Counted from the stretch's first letter, positions 20,466 to 31,810 are shown. The stretch is 64,000 nucleotides of DNA from an uncultured Planctomycetota bacterium (GCA_963849325.1 CAWKHF010000005.1:64001-128000), one strand, 5' to 3'. Translations and numbers: made by a program. The notes: generated from the letters alone by a model not told the origin.

Positions 20466-20664
20466 GGGGTATTTTTCGTTAGCCCAGCCCTTCAGGGCTG
20501 GGAACAGCGGTGAGTAGGTGGTCTTGGGGCGGGGCTTTAGCCCCTCAACGAGGGCTTCAGCCCTCGATTCATGCGTCCTCGGCAAAGGGCTAAAGCCCTG
20601 AACAAGTCCTCTTTCCGTGGTGCCGTCCCCAGCCCTGAAGGGCTGGGCTAACGAAAAACACCCC
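20466..20664. repeat. Composite palindromic MITE/REP element with ~37-bp terminal inverted repeats
   Basis: ggggtatttttcgttagcccagcccttcagggctggg ... cccagccctgaagggctgggctaacgaaaaacacccc, with inner gggctWWagccc hairpins. Confidence 0.85.
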
Positions 20665-20694
20665 AAGCCATTAGGGCGGCTGAGGAGCACGCAT

Positions 20695-20988
20695 ATGGAT
20701 CCCGTGACACGTGTTCGAGAATTCCTCCTGGATCAAGTCGGTCACCTGACTCGCCCTGGGGTTGCCTCGTTCGATTCCCTGGCAAGCCGCTGGTTTGTCC
20801 CCATCTGTTGCCGAACCGAGCGCGGAGACGTGGTTATCGGTGATGTCGAGGTAGACCGCGAGGGACATATCGTCTTCGCACCTAGCCGAGACGAAATGTT
20901 GACTCGATTGCACCGGGCGATGGCGTCATCGTCCCAGCCCATCAAGGAAACAACGCCGCTTGGAGACGTGGCTCATGAACACTCGTAA
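20695..20988 (+). CDS. Small hypothetical protein
   Basis: RBS gaggag then MDPVTRVREFLLDQVGHL... Confidence 0.55.
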   Translation: MDPVTRVREFLLDQVGHLTRPGVASFDSLASRWFVPICCRTERGDVVIGDVEVDREGHIVFAPSRDEMLTRLHRAMASSSQPIKETTPLGDVAHEHS

Positions 20989-22396
20989 TACTCTGCTCCC
21001 CACTCGCCGTCAACTTCTCCAGAGTACGGCATGCGGCTTCGGCTACCTCGCCCTGGCGGGACTGACCAATAGCGCCGCGGCGAATCCGCTGGCGCCGCGG
21101 GCGGCGCCGATTCGTCCGCGTGCCAAGCGGGTGATCTTCCTGTTCATGCAGGGCGGTCCCAGTCACGTCGATACCTTCGATTACAAGCCGCGCCTGGAAC
21201 GGGACAACGGCCAGATGCGTTCCTTTGACGACGCCCGCACGCTGGCCAAGACGCATCAGGTCGTCGCGCACCGCGTGATGAAATCGCCGTGGCGGTTCCG
21301 CCGGCACGGCCACAGCGATCTGTGGGTGTCCGAGTTGTTTCCGCACATCGCTCGCCGCGCCGATGATTTGTGCGTGCTCAAGGGCATGCACACCGAAGGC
21401 ATCGCCCACGGTCCGGCCACGCTGTTTCTGCACACCGGCGCCATCAACCTCATCCGTCCGTCGGTCGGCTCGTGGGTGCTCTACGGTCTGGGTACGGAGA
21501 ACCAGAACCTGCCGGGCTTCGTCACCCTCTGCCCGTCGATGGGCAACGGCGGCCCGCGCAACTACAGCAACGCCTTCCTGCCGCCGGCCTACCAGGGCAC
21601 GGCCGTCGGCCGCGCCGGCATCCCGGCCACCGAGGCCAAGATCCGCAACCTCGGCAACGACCGCCTCGCGCCCGCCGAGCAGCGCCGCCAACTCGATCTC
21701 CTGCAAGCACTCAACGCCGAGCAGATGCGTCCCTCTCCCGGAGACGCCGAGCTGGAGGCCGTCATCGATTCCTTCGAGCTGGCCTTCCGCATGCAGACCC
21801 ATGCGCCGGGCGTTCTCGACCTGTCCGGCGAGACGAAGGAGACGCAGCGACTGTACGGCATCGGCGCGAAAGATACGGACAATTTCGGCCGTCAATGTCT
21901 GATGGCGCGTCGCCTGGCCGAGTCCGGCGTGCGTTACGTACAGATCAACTACGGCGACAATTCGGCCAATCCGGCCTGGGACCAGCACTCGAATTTGCCC
22001 AAGCACGCCGATCACGCTCGCGCCGTCGATAAGCCGGTGGCGGGGCTGCTCGAAGACTTGCGGCGGCGCGGCCTGCTGGACGATACGCTGGTGTGGTGGG
22101 GCGGCGAGTTCGGGCGGACGCCCTACGCCGAGAAGAACGGCACCGGCCGCGATCACAACCCGGACGGCTTCACGGTGCTGTTGGCCGGCGGCGGCGTCAA
22201 GGCCGGCCTGTCTTTCGGCGCCACCGACGAGTTCGGTCATCACGCCGTCGCCGACAAAGTCCACATGCGCGACCTGCACGCCACTCTTCTGCACCTGCTC
22301 GGGCTGGATCACGAGCAGCTGACCTATCGCTACGCCGGCCGCAACTTCCGCCTGACCGACGTGGCCGGCCGCGTGGTACACGAGATCATTGCGTGA
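20975..22396 (+). CDS. DUF1501 family protein
   Basis: TRRQLL Tat-like signal, AKRVIFLFMQGGPSHVDTFD, GEFGRTP. Confidence 0.93.
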   Translation: MNTRNTLLPTRRQLLQSTACGFGYLALAGLTNSAAANPLAPRAAPIRPRAKRVIFLFMQGGPSHVDTFDYKPRLERDNGQMRSFDDARTLAKTHQVVAHRVMKSPWRFRRHGHSDLWVSELFPHIARRADDLCVLKGMHTEGIAHGPATLFLHTGAINLIRPSVGSWVLYGLGTENQNLPGFVTLCPSMGNGGPRNYSNAFLPPAYQGTAVGRAGIPATEAKIRNLGNDRLAPAEQRRQLDLLQALNAEQMRPSPGDAELEAVIDSFELAFRMQTHAPGVLDLSGETKETQRLYGIGAKDTDNFGRQCLMARRLAESGVRYVQINYGDNSANPAWDQHSNLPKHADHARAVDKPVAGLLEDLRRRGLLDDTLVWWGGEFGRTPYAEKNGTGRDHNPDGFTVLLAGGGVKAGLSFGATDEFGHHAVADKVHMRDLHATLLHLLGLDHEQLTYRYAGRNFRLTDVAGRVVHEIIA

Positions 22397-22724
22397 GAAA
22401 AGGGGAAGTCGGCGGTGAGACGGGAGAAGAGGTCCGGCGACAGTGTCATGTGGAAAGGATTCCGTCTTGATTTCGCTCCGAGGGGGAGGGTTTTGTCGGG
22501 GCTGCCGGTAGTTCTGCCTAGGTTGGCGAGAGGACCGAATCGGTTCGCGGAAGGGGGGCGCTTTGTATGGTCTCTTGTGCCGGCAGACGGTCTAATGATA
22601 GTTGACGGTACCGGCCGGAGAGGATCCCATCCGGGAGCCTGGCCGGGGCCGACTGGGCCGCGAGCAGACGAAGCTGCCGTAAGCGCCGGGACAGGACGGC
22701 CCGGACCAAGAAGGACCCGTCCCC

Positions 22725-23543
22725 ATGACCAGCCCCACCCGACAACTGGACGCCTCCGGTCTAGAAGAGGCTTTTTACCGGCTGTACCGCGAGTTCTTCG
22801 ACCAGGCCGAGAGGAAACGGCGTTGGTCGATCCGCGACGACATCCCCTGGCACCAGGTCAACCGGAACATGCCCCCGGCTGTGGCCAACGTGGTCGAATC
22901 CTTTTGCGCCGTCGAACTCTACCTGCCCGACTATATCACCAAGGCGTTGGCCTTGCCGTTGATCCGGGCCAGCCGCGGCCGGGCCTGGTTCCACGCCAAC
23001 TGGGGCTACGAGGAGGCCAAGCACTCGCTGGCCCTGGGCGACTGGCTGCTCCACTCCGGCCAGCGCACCGAGGAGCAGATGGCCGACCTGGAAGGGCAGG
23101 TCTTCGACCACGAATGGGAGTTGCCGCGCGACAGCCCGATGGGGATGATCCTGTACGGCATGATGCAGGAGTTTGCGACCTGGCTCAACTATCGCAACCT
23201 GCAGCACCGGGCGGACGAGTTCGGCGACCCAGCCTTGTCCCGGCTTTTGGGCTATGTCATGGTGGACGAGCGTTGCCACTACGACTTTTACAAGCGGATC
23301 GCGCTGATGTATCTGGAACGCGATCGGCAGAGCACGATCGAGGAGTTGCGCCGGGTAGCGCAGACCTTCGCCATGCCGGCCCTGCACATGCTGGCGGACA
23401 GCAGGCAGCGGGTCGCCGAGGTGAAAGCCCTGAACATCTTCAGCGAGGACATCTTCTTCCGCGACGTGCTCCGGCCGCTGCTGACCGCGCTGGGGGTGAG
23501 CTGGGCGGAATTCCGCCAGCGCGACCCGCAGCGCAAGTCGTAG
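22725..23543 (+). CDS. Acyl-ACP desaturase-like ferritin-fold diiron protein
   Basis: WGYEEAKH, MMQEFAT and DERCH: paired ExxH motifs. Confidence 0.8.
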   Translation: MTSPTRQLDASGLEEAFYRLYREFFDQAERKRRWSIRDDIPWHQVNRNMPPAVANVVESFCAVELYLPDYITKALALPLIRASRGRAWFHANWGYEEAKHSLALGDWLLHSGQRTEEQMADLEGQVFDHEWELPRDSPMGMILYGMMQEFATWLNYRNLQHRADEFGDPALSRLLGYVMVDERCHYDFYKRIALMYLERDRQSTIEELRRVAQTFAMPALHMLADSRQRVAEVKALNIFSEDIFFRDVLRPLLTALGVSWAEFRQRDPQRKS

Positions 23544-23657
23544 GAGGTCCGTGCGACTTGCCGAGGGGTAGATAGGGCCGGCGAAAGCGCTGCTGTCAAG
23601 CCACTGTCATACGGAACAGGCGCGCTCCTCGGGGATAGATCCTGGGGGAACCGATTC

Positions 23658-26042
23658 TCAGTCGGGGCGCGACGGCTCTCTCTCGCGCCGGGGCCGGAAG
23701 GAGGGGCCGCCCGACGGCCAAGCGCGCATCCGTTTCGTCAACTCCTCGGCCTGGAGCGACGCCTTCGCGGCCAATTCCGGTTCCTGCAGACGCTGGAGGA
23801 CAGCCGCGAGGTTCCGGTACTGCTCGGCGAGCAACTCGCTGCTCGGCCGCATGCGCGGATCGCCCTTGCGTCCCGTCTGCAAGTCGGCGATCGACTCTTC
23901 CAGCACGGCGCGGGCGTCGGCGGGGTGGTCGCGCTCGAGGAGCAGGTTGGCCAGGGCTTCCCGCGCCTGTGCCCGCTCGAACGCATCGCCGAAGAAGGCG
24001 TTCGTCCGGCGATCGAGCGCCTGGAGTTGATCGATCGTCCGCCGATACGATGCCTCGGCCTCGTCCTTTCGCCCCTGCTGCCGCAGGACGGCGCCGAGCC
24101 TGCTTTGGATGTGGGGGACAAGGCGGACGTAGCGCGGCTCCGTGGCGTCGGCCCTGGTCAACTCCTCGGCGAGTGCCAGGGCGCGGCGCAGCGCTGCTCC
24201 ATCGGAGCCAACGCCGTCGGCTCCGTCGCACGAGGATCGATGCGAGCGTAGGTCTGGGCCAGTTCGTAGCGGTAGTCGAGGTTCGTAGGAGAGGCGGCGG
24301 CCAGTTCCTCCAGCATGGCGACGGCGCGGCGGTAGGAGGCGGCCGCCTTGTCGGACTGGCCGCGGTGCAGGTGGATGTCGCCGACGTGGCGGTGGGCCTT
24401 GGCGGCCTCGACCCGCACGCGCGAGTTGGTCTCGTTCTCCTTGGCGAATTCGTCGTAGAACTGCAACACGTCCTGGAGCAAGGCTGCCTCTCGTTCCGTC
24501 TGCGCGCGTGCGGCGGCCGGCGCGACGACGGCCCCGTTTCCTGGGCGGCCAGATCCTCGAAAATGCCCTCGAAGGCTTGCAGCGACAGGCGCACGTTGCT
24601 CTCGGCGCGTTCGGTCGCCTTCTCGGCCCTCTCGCGTTGCTGGGCCTCGCTCGCCAGGGCGTACTCGGCCTCGCGCCACTTCCAGACCACGCCGGCGAAG
24701 CCGGCGAGGAACACGAACACCAGCGCGGCCAGGAGGGCGGCGACCACGCGGTTGCGGCGATACCAACGCAGCAAGCGCTCGGGGGCGGTAATGCGGCGAG
24801 CGCGGATCGGCCGGTCGTCGAGAAAGCAGCGCAGGTCGTCGGCCAATTCCGCCGCCGTCGAATAGCGGCGGGCCGGCTCGCGCGCGATGGCCTTGAGGAG
24901 GATCGTTTCCAGGTTGCGCGGGATGGCCGGGTTGAGCTTGCGCGGCCGGATCGGTTCGTGGGCGCTGACCTGCTGGAGCAGCTTCGCCGGGTTGGACTCG
25001 GGGAACGGCGGCGTCAGCGTCAGCAGCTCGTACAGCGTCAGGCCCAGGCTGTACACGTCGCCGCGCGCGTCGCTCGGCCCGTGCAGGCTCTCGGGGGCCA
25101 GGTATTGCAGCGTGCCGACCAGGTCGCCGGTGCTGGTCAAGTTGTTCTGCTCGGACAGCTTGGCCAGGCCGAAATCGGTTAGCCAGACGGTACCCTGCGA
25201 ATCGAGCAGGATGTTGGCCGGCTTGACGTCGCGGTGCAGGGTGCCGTGCTGGTGGGCGTAGGCCAGGGCGTCGGCGGCCTGCACGCCGATGCGGGCGACC
25301 TCATGCCAGTGCGCATTGGCCGACCAACTTCCCCCCCTCTCCCCCGAAGTGGGGGAGAGGGGTTGGGGGTGAGGGGGCGGCTCCTCCCCCTCACCCCCAA
25401 CCCCTCTCCCCCACTTCGGGGAGAGGGGAGAGCGGATGCCGTCGTGCCCGAGAGATTGGCGGCGGTGGCCGGCTCGGCTCGGCTCATGATCTCCGGCCAG
25501 GAGACGCCGCGGCGCAGACGGGCCAGCACTTCATGCAGCCCCTGACCCGGAATGAGCTGCATGACGTAGTAATGCAGGCCGTCGTCCTCGCCGACGCCGA
25601 AGACCGGCACGATGTTGCTGTGGTGCAGCCCGGCGGCGGCCTGCGCCTCGCGCTGGAAGCGCGCCAGCTTCTTGGGATCCAGCAGCGAATGGCGCGGCAG
25701 CACCTTCAGGGCGACGTGGCGGCCGAGCGATTCCTGGACGGCCTCGTAAACGATGCCCATGCCGCCGCGGCCCAGCTCGCGGACGATGCGGTAATCGCCC
25801 AGGCGCTCGATCGTCTCGCGTCCAAGCGCGGCGGCCGCGCCCTGCTTGTGCCGGCGCAGCTGCTCCATGAAGGCCGCCGCCGGCAGTAGCTCACGCAGCT
25901 CGTCGGCCCATTGCGGATAGCGCGTCAGATATTCGCTCAGCGACGGCATTTCGCCGCGACGGCAGCGCGCCGCGAACTCCTCGGCCACCACGTCGAGCGG
26001 ATCGCGTTCGTCGAGGACTTCCGGATGCGGGGGGTCGATCAT
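23658..26042 (-). CDS. Ser/Thr protein kinase with C-terminal TPR-like helices (multiple frameshifts)
   Basis: LGRGGMGIVY, HVALK, LHRDVKPANIL, DFGLAK, GTLQYLAPE. Confidence 0.9.
25331..25430. repeat. Palindromic REP-like element inside the kinase coding sequence
   Basis: cccctctcccccgaagtgggggagaggggttgggggtgagggg followed by its reverse complement. Encodes PSPRSGGEGLGVRG...PLTPNPSP. Confidence 0.85.
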
Positions 26043-26682
26043 GGCGGGCCGTCCAGGAAACCGGGGATGTCGGTGAGGATGTCCTTGAGTCGCCGCAGGC
26101 GCGGACGTAGCGCTTGCTGGCGGCGGCCGGCTGAATGCCGAGCACTTCCGCCGTCTCGTGATTGCTCATCTCCTCGAAGTGCCGCAGCGTCAGCACTTCG
26201 CGATCCAGCGGGTCCATGCCGGCCAGCGCGTCCTCCAGCATGGCGAAGCGCTCGGCCCGCACCACCGCTTCGCTCGGCGACGTCAGGTGCTCGACCAGCC
26301 GCGCCGCCAGGCACGTCGAGCTGGCGGAGGGGATGCCGGCCTGGTTGAGCGAGATTTCCTGACCGGCGTTGCGGGACTGCGCTCCCAGGTGCTGGCGATG
26401 GACCTCGATCAGCCGTTGGCCGGCGACCCAGCGCAGCCACAAAAAGAACGGCATGTCCGGCTTGGCGAAGTAGTGTTCGACGCGCTTGAGGGCGTCGATG
26501 TAGGCTTCCTGCAGCACGTCCGAAGGCGAGACGCGGCCATTGAGCCGATGATCGAGCCGCACGTCGATCATTCGTCGCAACGGATCGCGGTAACGCGCGA
26601 ACAGGTCGGCCAGCGCCTGCTGCTCGCCCTGGCGCAGACGGACCAACAACTCCGAAATGTCCGTCGCGTCGTCGCCGGTCAT
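26039..26682 (-). CDS. ECF sigma-70 factor, planctomycete type (frameshifted)
   Basis: RVSPSDVLQEAY, TSPSEA, DREVLTLRHFEEMSN. Coupled to the kinase gene. Confidence 0.92.
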
Positions 26683-26888
26683 GATCGCCGATTCTCCGCC
26701 GGTCGAGACCTCTACTCTGTTAAACGCGAACGCGGACCGTCCGGCGACAAGCCCGGCGGACCATTCGTCATTGTCGCCCCGGCGAGAGGTGGACGGAAGG
26801 TGAATTTCCCCTCCGCATCGCTGTCCGAGCCCGGATTCTTCGTTGTCGCCACCGCCAGCGGAAGGCGAAGGGGATGCCCACCCGCTTG

Positions 26889-27314
26889 CTATTCGAGCCA
26901 GTTCTCGAAGCGCAGTCCCGGCACTTTCTCGAAATCCCGCCGATTGGCCGTAAGCAACAGGGCGTTATTGGCCATGGCGATGCAGGCTGTCTTCAAATCC
27001 ATGGTGGCGATTTTCACGCCCGATTTGCGGAAGCCGTTGAAAAGCCCAGCGGCTTTTGCATCCAGTAATACAATCGTGTAGCCGGAGAAAAAGGTGAAGA
27101 GTTCAGCCAGCTCACGATACGCGGATAACTGCCGTTCGATCCGTCGTTCTTTGGCGATGGCCGAAAGCCAGCCGCGCATCGCCTCCTCGACGTTTGCAAT
27201 GGATGTGGCGATCGGCTTTTCCGTCGCTTGATCTAAACGGGCGGTGAGCTGGAGCGCGCGTTCGCTGTTATGATACCGCAGGATTGATAAATGGTCCGAG
27301 TCCAGAATGATCAT
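26889..27314 (-). CDS. vapC: VapC/PIN domain toxin
   Basis: MIILDSDHLS, MDLKTACIA, LLTANRRDFEKVPGL. Confidence 0.9.
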   Translation of the reverse strand: MIILDSDHLSILRYHNSERALQLTARLDQATEKPIATSIANVEEAMRGWLSAIAKERRIERQLSAYRELAELFTFFSGYTIVLLDAKAAGLFNGFRKSGVKIATMDLKTACIAMANNALLLTANRRDFEKVPGLRFENWLE

Positions 27315-27526
27315 TCGCCCTCTTCCGTTTCGGCCGCCCGGCGATCGGCGTCACGCAGGGCATCCATCTCCGCTTGCATGAGGCGCGAAAAATCGGTCAT
27401 TTCCGAAATGCCGACGACGCTTCGCCAATCTTTGGTCGGCGCAATGACCGACGGCTGTTTCTCGTTCAGGCGGCGCTCGATTTCGTCGAGGCGGCGGGCC
27501 AGGCTTTCCAAAGTCAATTCCGACAT
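27311..27526 (-). CDS. Putative antitoxin
   Basis: Small ORF overlapping the vapC start (ATGA). Confidence 0.7.
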   Translation of the reverse strand: MSELTLESLARRLDEIERRLNEKQPSVIAPTKDWRSVVGISEMTDFSRLMQAEMDALRDADRRAAETEEGE

Positions 27527-27705
27527 AGTGATTCTCCCCGAATTCGGATGGAGGTATTCTACCCGGGTAAGGATCATTTCGCAGCGCCGGATTCAGCCCA
27601 TTTCCGCCGCCGATCAGCCGAGCCGGCGAGGGAACCGAGCCGGCCGCGTTCGGCCAGGCAGGGCCGAGGGCAGTCTATTGCAGTGGGGGCGACACGGACA
27701 TTCCT

Positions 27706-27777
27706 CGGCAACAGCCGCCACGCTACTTCTGGAACTCCCCTTTGTCGTAGCGAACCCGGAACTCCGCCGCTGGCCAG
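27706..27777. repeat. 72-bp direct repeat of the kinase 3' end (copy 1)
   Basis: 68/72 identical to 28723-28794. Confidence 0.9.
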
Positions 27778-27778
27778 C

Positions 27779-28183
27779 TCACCAAATCACGGTCCCGAGT
27801 CCTGAACTCTGAATGACCGAATCCCGAGTCCGTAGCGCTACCGTGGCGCCCTTGTCCTGCAAAACCAAGGCCGACGCCACGATCTGGCGATCGTGCATCT
27901 CGTCGATCACCGCAAGGCCAAGGCTGCGGTCCAGAACCTCTCGGTTCAATGGCGTGATTTCGAGTCGCGGATCGGCGTCCACGACCGCAAGCAGATCTTG
28001 CACGTTTGAAATCGTGGATTTGCCATGTTCGACAATCCAGCACGCTTCGGCGAGGGCGATCATCGGCAGCACCAACTCGCTGCTTGGATCCGCAAGGATG
28101 GTTTTGGCGCTGGAACCCAGCCGCGAATTTCCTTCCAGATGCCATACGAGGGCATGTGTGTCCAGAATGTGTTTAGTGGTCAT
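27779..28183 (-). CDS. PIN domain (VapC-like) toxin
   Basis: ILDTHALVW, IALAEACW, EMHDRQIVASA. Confidence 0.88.
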   Translation of the reverse strand: MTTKHILDTHALVWHLEGNSRLGSSAKTILADPSSELVLPMIALAEACWIVEHGKSTISNVQDLLAVVDADPRLEITPLNREVLDRSLGLAVIDEMHDRQIVASALVLQDKGATVALRTRDSVIQSSGLGTVIW

Positions 28184-28403
28184 CGTTGTTATCGCCGTGC
28201 CACTCCGCATTGCGGAAGTCTTCCTCGGTGGACATTTTTTCTATCGGGCCCGAAAACTGGCCGAACCGCATCATCCGCGGGCGCGGCTGGGCCTGGGCGG
28301 ACCCCAGGAAGGTGACGAGGACTTTCGCTTCGCGCAGGCCTTGCGGCGTCTCGCTCAATTCCACTTTCCCCTCTTTGAATGTGCCTTCGATGGTGAAAAG
28401 CAT
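28173..28403 (-). CDS. Putative antitoxin
   Basis: TIEGTFKEGKVELSE motif. Overlaps the PIN gene start. Confidence 0.7.
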   Translation of the reverse strand: MLFTIEGTFKEGKVELSETPQGLREAKVLVTFLGSAQAQPRPRMMRFGQFSGPIEKMSTEEDFRNAEWHGDNNDDH

Positions 28404-28440
28404 GGCTTATTCCTCCCAGGAGAACTTCGTGCCGTGAGAG

Positions 28441-28677
28441 TCAGCTCGAAGGCGAAATGTTTGCCGCCGACTCGAAGCTGACTCCTCTGATCGACGTGCC
28501 GTCGAGCATATCCAACTCACCGTTGCGCTGGTAAACCAACACCGTTCGTCCTTGTTCGGGTGGGACGAGAATAACGTCACGGCCTGTCACTGGAACGCGC
28601 CGGCCATCGGCAATGTTGAACGTGAAGGGTACGAAGGGGGACGCGACCATACATTTTCTCAATTCGTCAACTGACAT
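28441..28677 (-). CDS. Small hypothetical protein
   Basis: PFVPFTFNIADGRRVPV motif, RBS present. Confidence 0.6.
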   Translation of the reverse strand: MSVDELRKCMVASPFVPFTFNIADGRRVPVTGRDVILVPPEQGRTVLVYQRNGELDMLDGTSIRGVSFESAANISPSS

Positions 28678-28722
28678 GGTGTTTTCCTTTCCCTTTGCGC
28701 GTATCTACCACATATTGTAAGC

Positions 28723-28794
28723 CGGCAACAGCCGCCACGCTACTTCTGGAACTCCCCCTTGTCGTAGCGATCCCAGAACTCCGCCGCCGGCCAG
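28723..28794. repeat. 72-bp direct repeat (copy 2, actual kinase 3' end)
   Basis: Encodes WPAAEFWDRYDKGEFQK* plus 17 nt downstream. Confidence 0.9.
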
Positions 28795-31700
28795 GCTTGC
28801 TTCCATGCGAGGCCGATGGTTTCGAGGCTCTTCATGTCGCGGAGAATATCCAGGCCCCGAGTGATGTTCTTCGGGGTCAGGCGGATGTGTTCCAGCGGCA
28901 TGCCTTGCAGGGGAGTCAGGTCGGTGATGGCGGTGTTGTTCATGTTCAACTCCCTCAGCGACATGCCCTTGAACTGGGCCAGACCCGCATCGCCCACCTG
29001 CGTGCTGTCCACGTACAGGAACTTCAGGTTCTTGCAGTCCTTGAAGTGGGCCAGGCCCACGTCGCTCACCTTCGTTCCGGCCAGATTGAGGTTCCTCATG
29101 GCCTTACAGCCCTGGAAATGGACCAGGCCCGCGTCGCCGACCGGCGCGTTATTCAACCAGAGAGTGGTCAGGTTCTTGCAGTCCTTGAAGTGGACCATGC
29201 CCGCGTCGGTCACCTTCGTGTTGTCCAGATAGAGGTGCCTCAGGTCTTTGCAGTCCTTGAAGTGGACCATGCCCGCGTCGGTCACCTTCGTCTGGACCAG
29301 GTTAAGAATCGTCAGGTTCGCCAGTTTCATTCTCTTCAGCGGCGTCAGGTCTGCCAGGAGCCCGTTGGGCTTGAAGTTGGCCCATGTGCCGCTGCAATCG
29401 AGCACCCGCAGGGCAGTCCAGACTCGAATCGGGGCGATGTCCGTCACCTTGTCGGTCACGATCCGGAATTCCGTGACGACGCCGTCCTCGATCTTGTACT
29501 TCATCTGGCCGTCGAAGCCGGGGTTGCGTCGCACCAGCTCCTTCCGCACTTCCTCGACCTGCAGGGCGGCGGGCAGGGCGGCGATGCGCTGCACGTCGGC
29601 GTCGGTAAACGGAGCGATCGCCGGCGCTGCGGGTTTGTTCTTCGTCCCGCTCTCGGTCCCGGCGCCGGCAGGAGGCGAAACGAGCAGCACACGAAAACCG
29701 CCGTGACCGTGGCGGCTATCGGGAGCTACGTAGCCGCGGAACGCCGAGCGGCAGTACACGGGCCCGAACGGATACGAGCCGCCGCGGGCCACGCGACCGC
29801 CGCCAGCGCTTGGGCCGGGCGGGTCTTTCACAGGGCTGTTCTTGTAATAGTCCGGATCGTAGTTGTCCTGACACCATTCCCATGCGTTGCCGTGCATGCC
29901 GTAAAGACCCCAAGCGTTGGGCTTCTTCTTGCCCACCGGATGCGTTCCGACGCCTGGGTGCTGTCCGAAACGAGGGCGAGCGCCTGCATTCGTGGCGTAC
30001 CAGGCATATTCTTCCAGCTGTGCTTCGTCGTCGCCAAAGCAGTACCGACTCCCGGCTTTCCCGGCCCGGCAGCTATGTTCCCATTCGGCCTCGGTGGGCA
30101 AGCGGTATTCTTTCCCTTCCTTCTTGCTCAACCATTTGCAAAAATCCACCGCATTGTTCCACGAAACCCAGACCACCGGATGCTGGTCCGTCTGATCGAA
30201 CCCCGGATTTCTCCATGTGCCATCACCCACCTGGTAGCCCTGTTCGTCAACGAATTGTCGAAATTGCCCGACCATGACTTCCGTGGCTCCCAGGTAAAAT
30301 GGCTGCGTGATCTCCACGAGATGCTCCGGACCCTCGGTCGCCAGGGTCTTCTTTACCCAAAGCTCTGCACCTTCTAACTGCTTAAGGCAACGGTCGATCT
30401 CTTCTTTCGGCGATCCCATCGTGAACTTGCCTGCCGGGATGAGCTTGAACTTCATCCCCAGCGTGTTGGTGAAATCCGTGGAGGGTCCGTTGTCCTTCGC
30501 TTGGTCACCGCTTTGGAGCAGGTCGGGCGTCGGTTGCTGCTTCGGCAACAGATGTGTGATCCCGGCGATCTCCGTCAGCGCCAGCGCAACGACGGGAAGC
30601 AATAGGGCTGCTGCCGCGACCCATTTCCACCGGCCGCTCGCCCCTGCCGCGGGTTTGCTCTGCGGGATGCGGGAGAAATCCTTGAGCTTGGCGTTGGCCT
30701 TGAGCTGGGCCTCGCAGTCGGTGAGCACGTCGGCCACTTCCCGGGCCGACTGGTAGCGGTCGTCCGGATCCTTGGCGTGCAGCTTGGCAATGATGTCGCA
30801 CAGCCACTGCGGCGTCTCGGGGATGATCTCGCGGATGGCCCGCGGCTTGTCCTCGGCGACGCGCTTCAGCACCGCGACCGCGCGTATTCGCCCGGAACGG
30901 CGGCCGGCCGGCCACCATCTGATAAAGCACGCTGCCGAGGCTGAACAGGTCGGCCCGCTGGTCGAGCGTTTGACCCTGGGCTTGTTCGGGGGCCATATAC
31001 ATCGGGGTTCCGGCGATGATGCCGCTCTGCGAGATGCTGGCGTCGTCGGCCGTCCGCGCCAGCCCGAAGTCGCTGATCTTCACCTTGTGTTGTCCGCCTT
31101 CGAGAAGCACGTTGCCCGGTTTGATGTCGCGATGGATCAAGTCCGTCGCATGGGCCGCGGCCAGACCCTCAGCGATCTGCCGGCCAATTCGCAACACTTC
31201 CGGCACCTCGAGCGGGCCGGTCCGGTCGAGCTTCTGCTGAAGCGTCTCGCCAGGGACGAACTCCATCGTCAGGTAGGGGAGCGGCTGTTCGCCGACCTCG
31301 TAGATCTGCACCACGTTCTCGTGCCGCACCTGCGCGGACGACCGGGCTTCGCGCAGGAACCGTTTGCGCGGGGGACAGGGTGGCAATCTGCGGGGCCATT
31401 ACCTTCACCGCGACCACGCGCTGCAACACGTCGTCGAAGGCGCGAAAGACGATGCCGAAGCCGCCGCGGCCGAGCACCTGGAGCATTTCGTAATGCCCCA
31501 GCCGGCCCAGCGAGTCGGGCCGGCTGGACGGGGTGAGGAATTTCCGGTCGTCGGAATCGTCTTCGTGGTCTTTTTCGGCAGACACGGCAGCCGCCGAGAT
31601 CGTGACCGTGTTTTCTTCCCTCGAACCCGCCTTGACCTGCTCGGCCGCCGGAACGTCCAGAAACTCCCCGCTGCGGAAGTGCGCGGCCAGCAGGGCCTCG

Positions 31701-31810
31701 ACCTGGCGGCGGAACACAGCGTCCTCGCCGCAAGTCTCGTTCAGATAAGCGGCTCGGGCGGCGGTATCGGACAGGTCGAGGGCAGCGAGAAAGACTTGTT
31801 CTTCGGTCAT
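28740..31810 (-). CDS. Ser/Thr kinase - FGE-sulfatase (SUMF1) - leucine-rich repeat protein (frameshifted)
   Basis: LGRGGFG, IHRDIKPGN, DFGLA, GTPMYMAPE; FTMGSP, RLPTEAEWE, GNAWEWC; 24-aa LRRs (TKVTDAGMVHFKDCK). Confidence 0.92.

Noticed and set aside
20942-22381. Long antisense ORFs (also 28695-30377, 36115-37461, 47451-48713, 56092-57519)
   Set aside because: These are shadow frames of well-supported genes in high-GC DNA, with no recognisable motifs.
29160-29300. 72-bp tandem DNA repeat as a possible CRISPR array
   Set aside because: It encodes the 24-aa leucine-rich repeats of the kinase. There are no spacers and no cas genes.
27706-30500. Diversity-generating retroelement (FGE-sulfatase target plus a near-identical repeat)
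   Set aside because: No reverse transcriptase in the window, the repeat covers the LRR tail rather than the lectin-fold domain, and the four mismatches are not adenine-specific.
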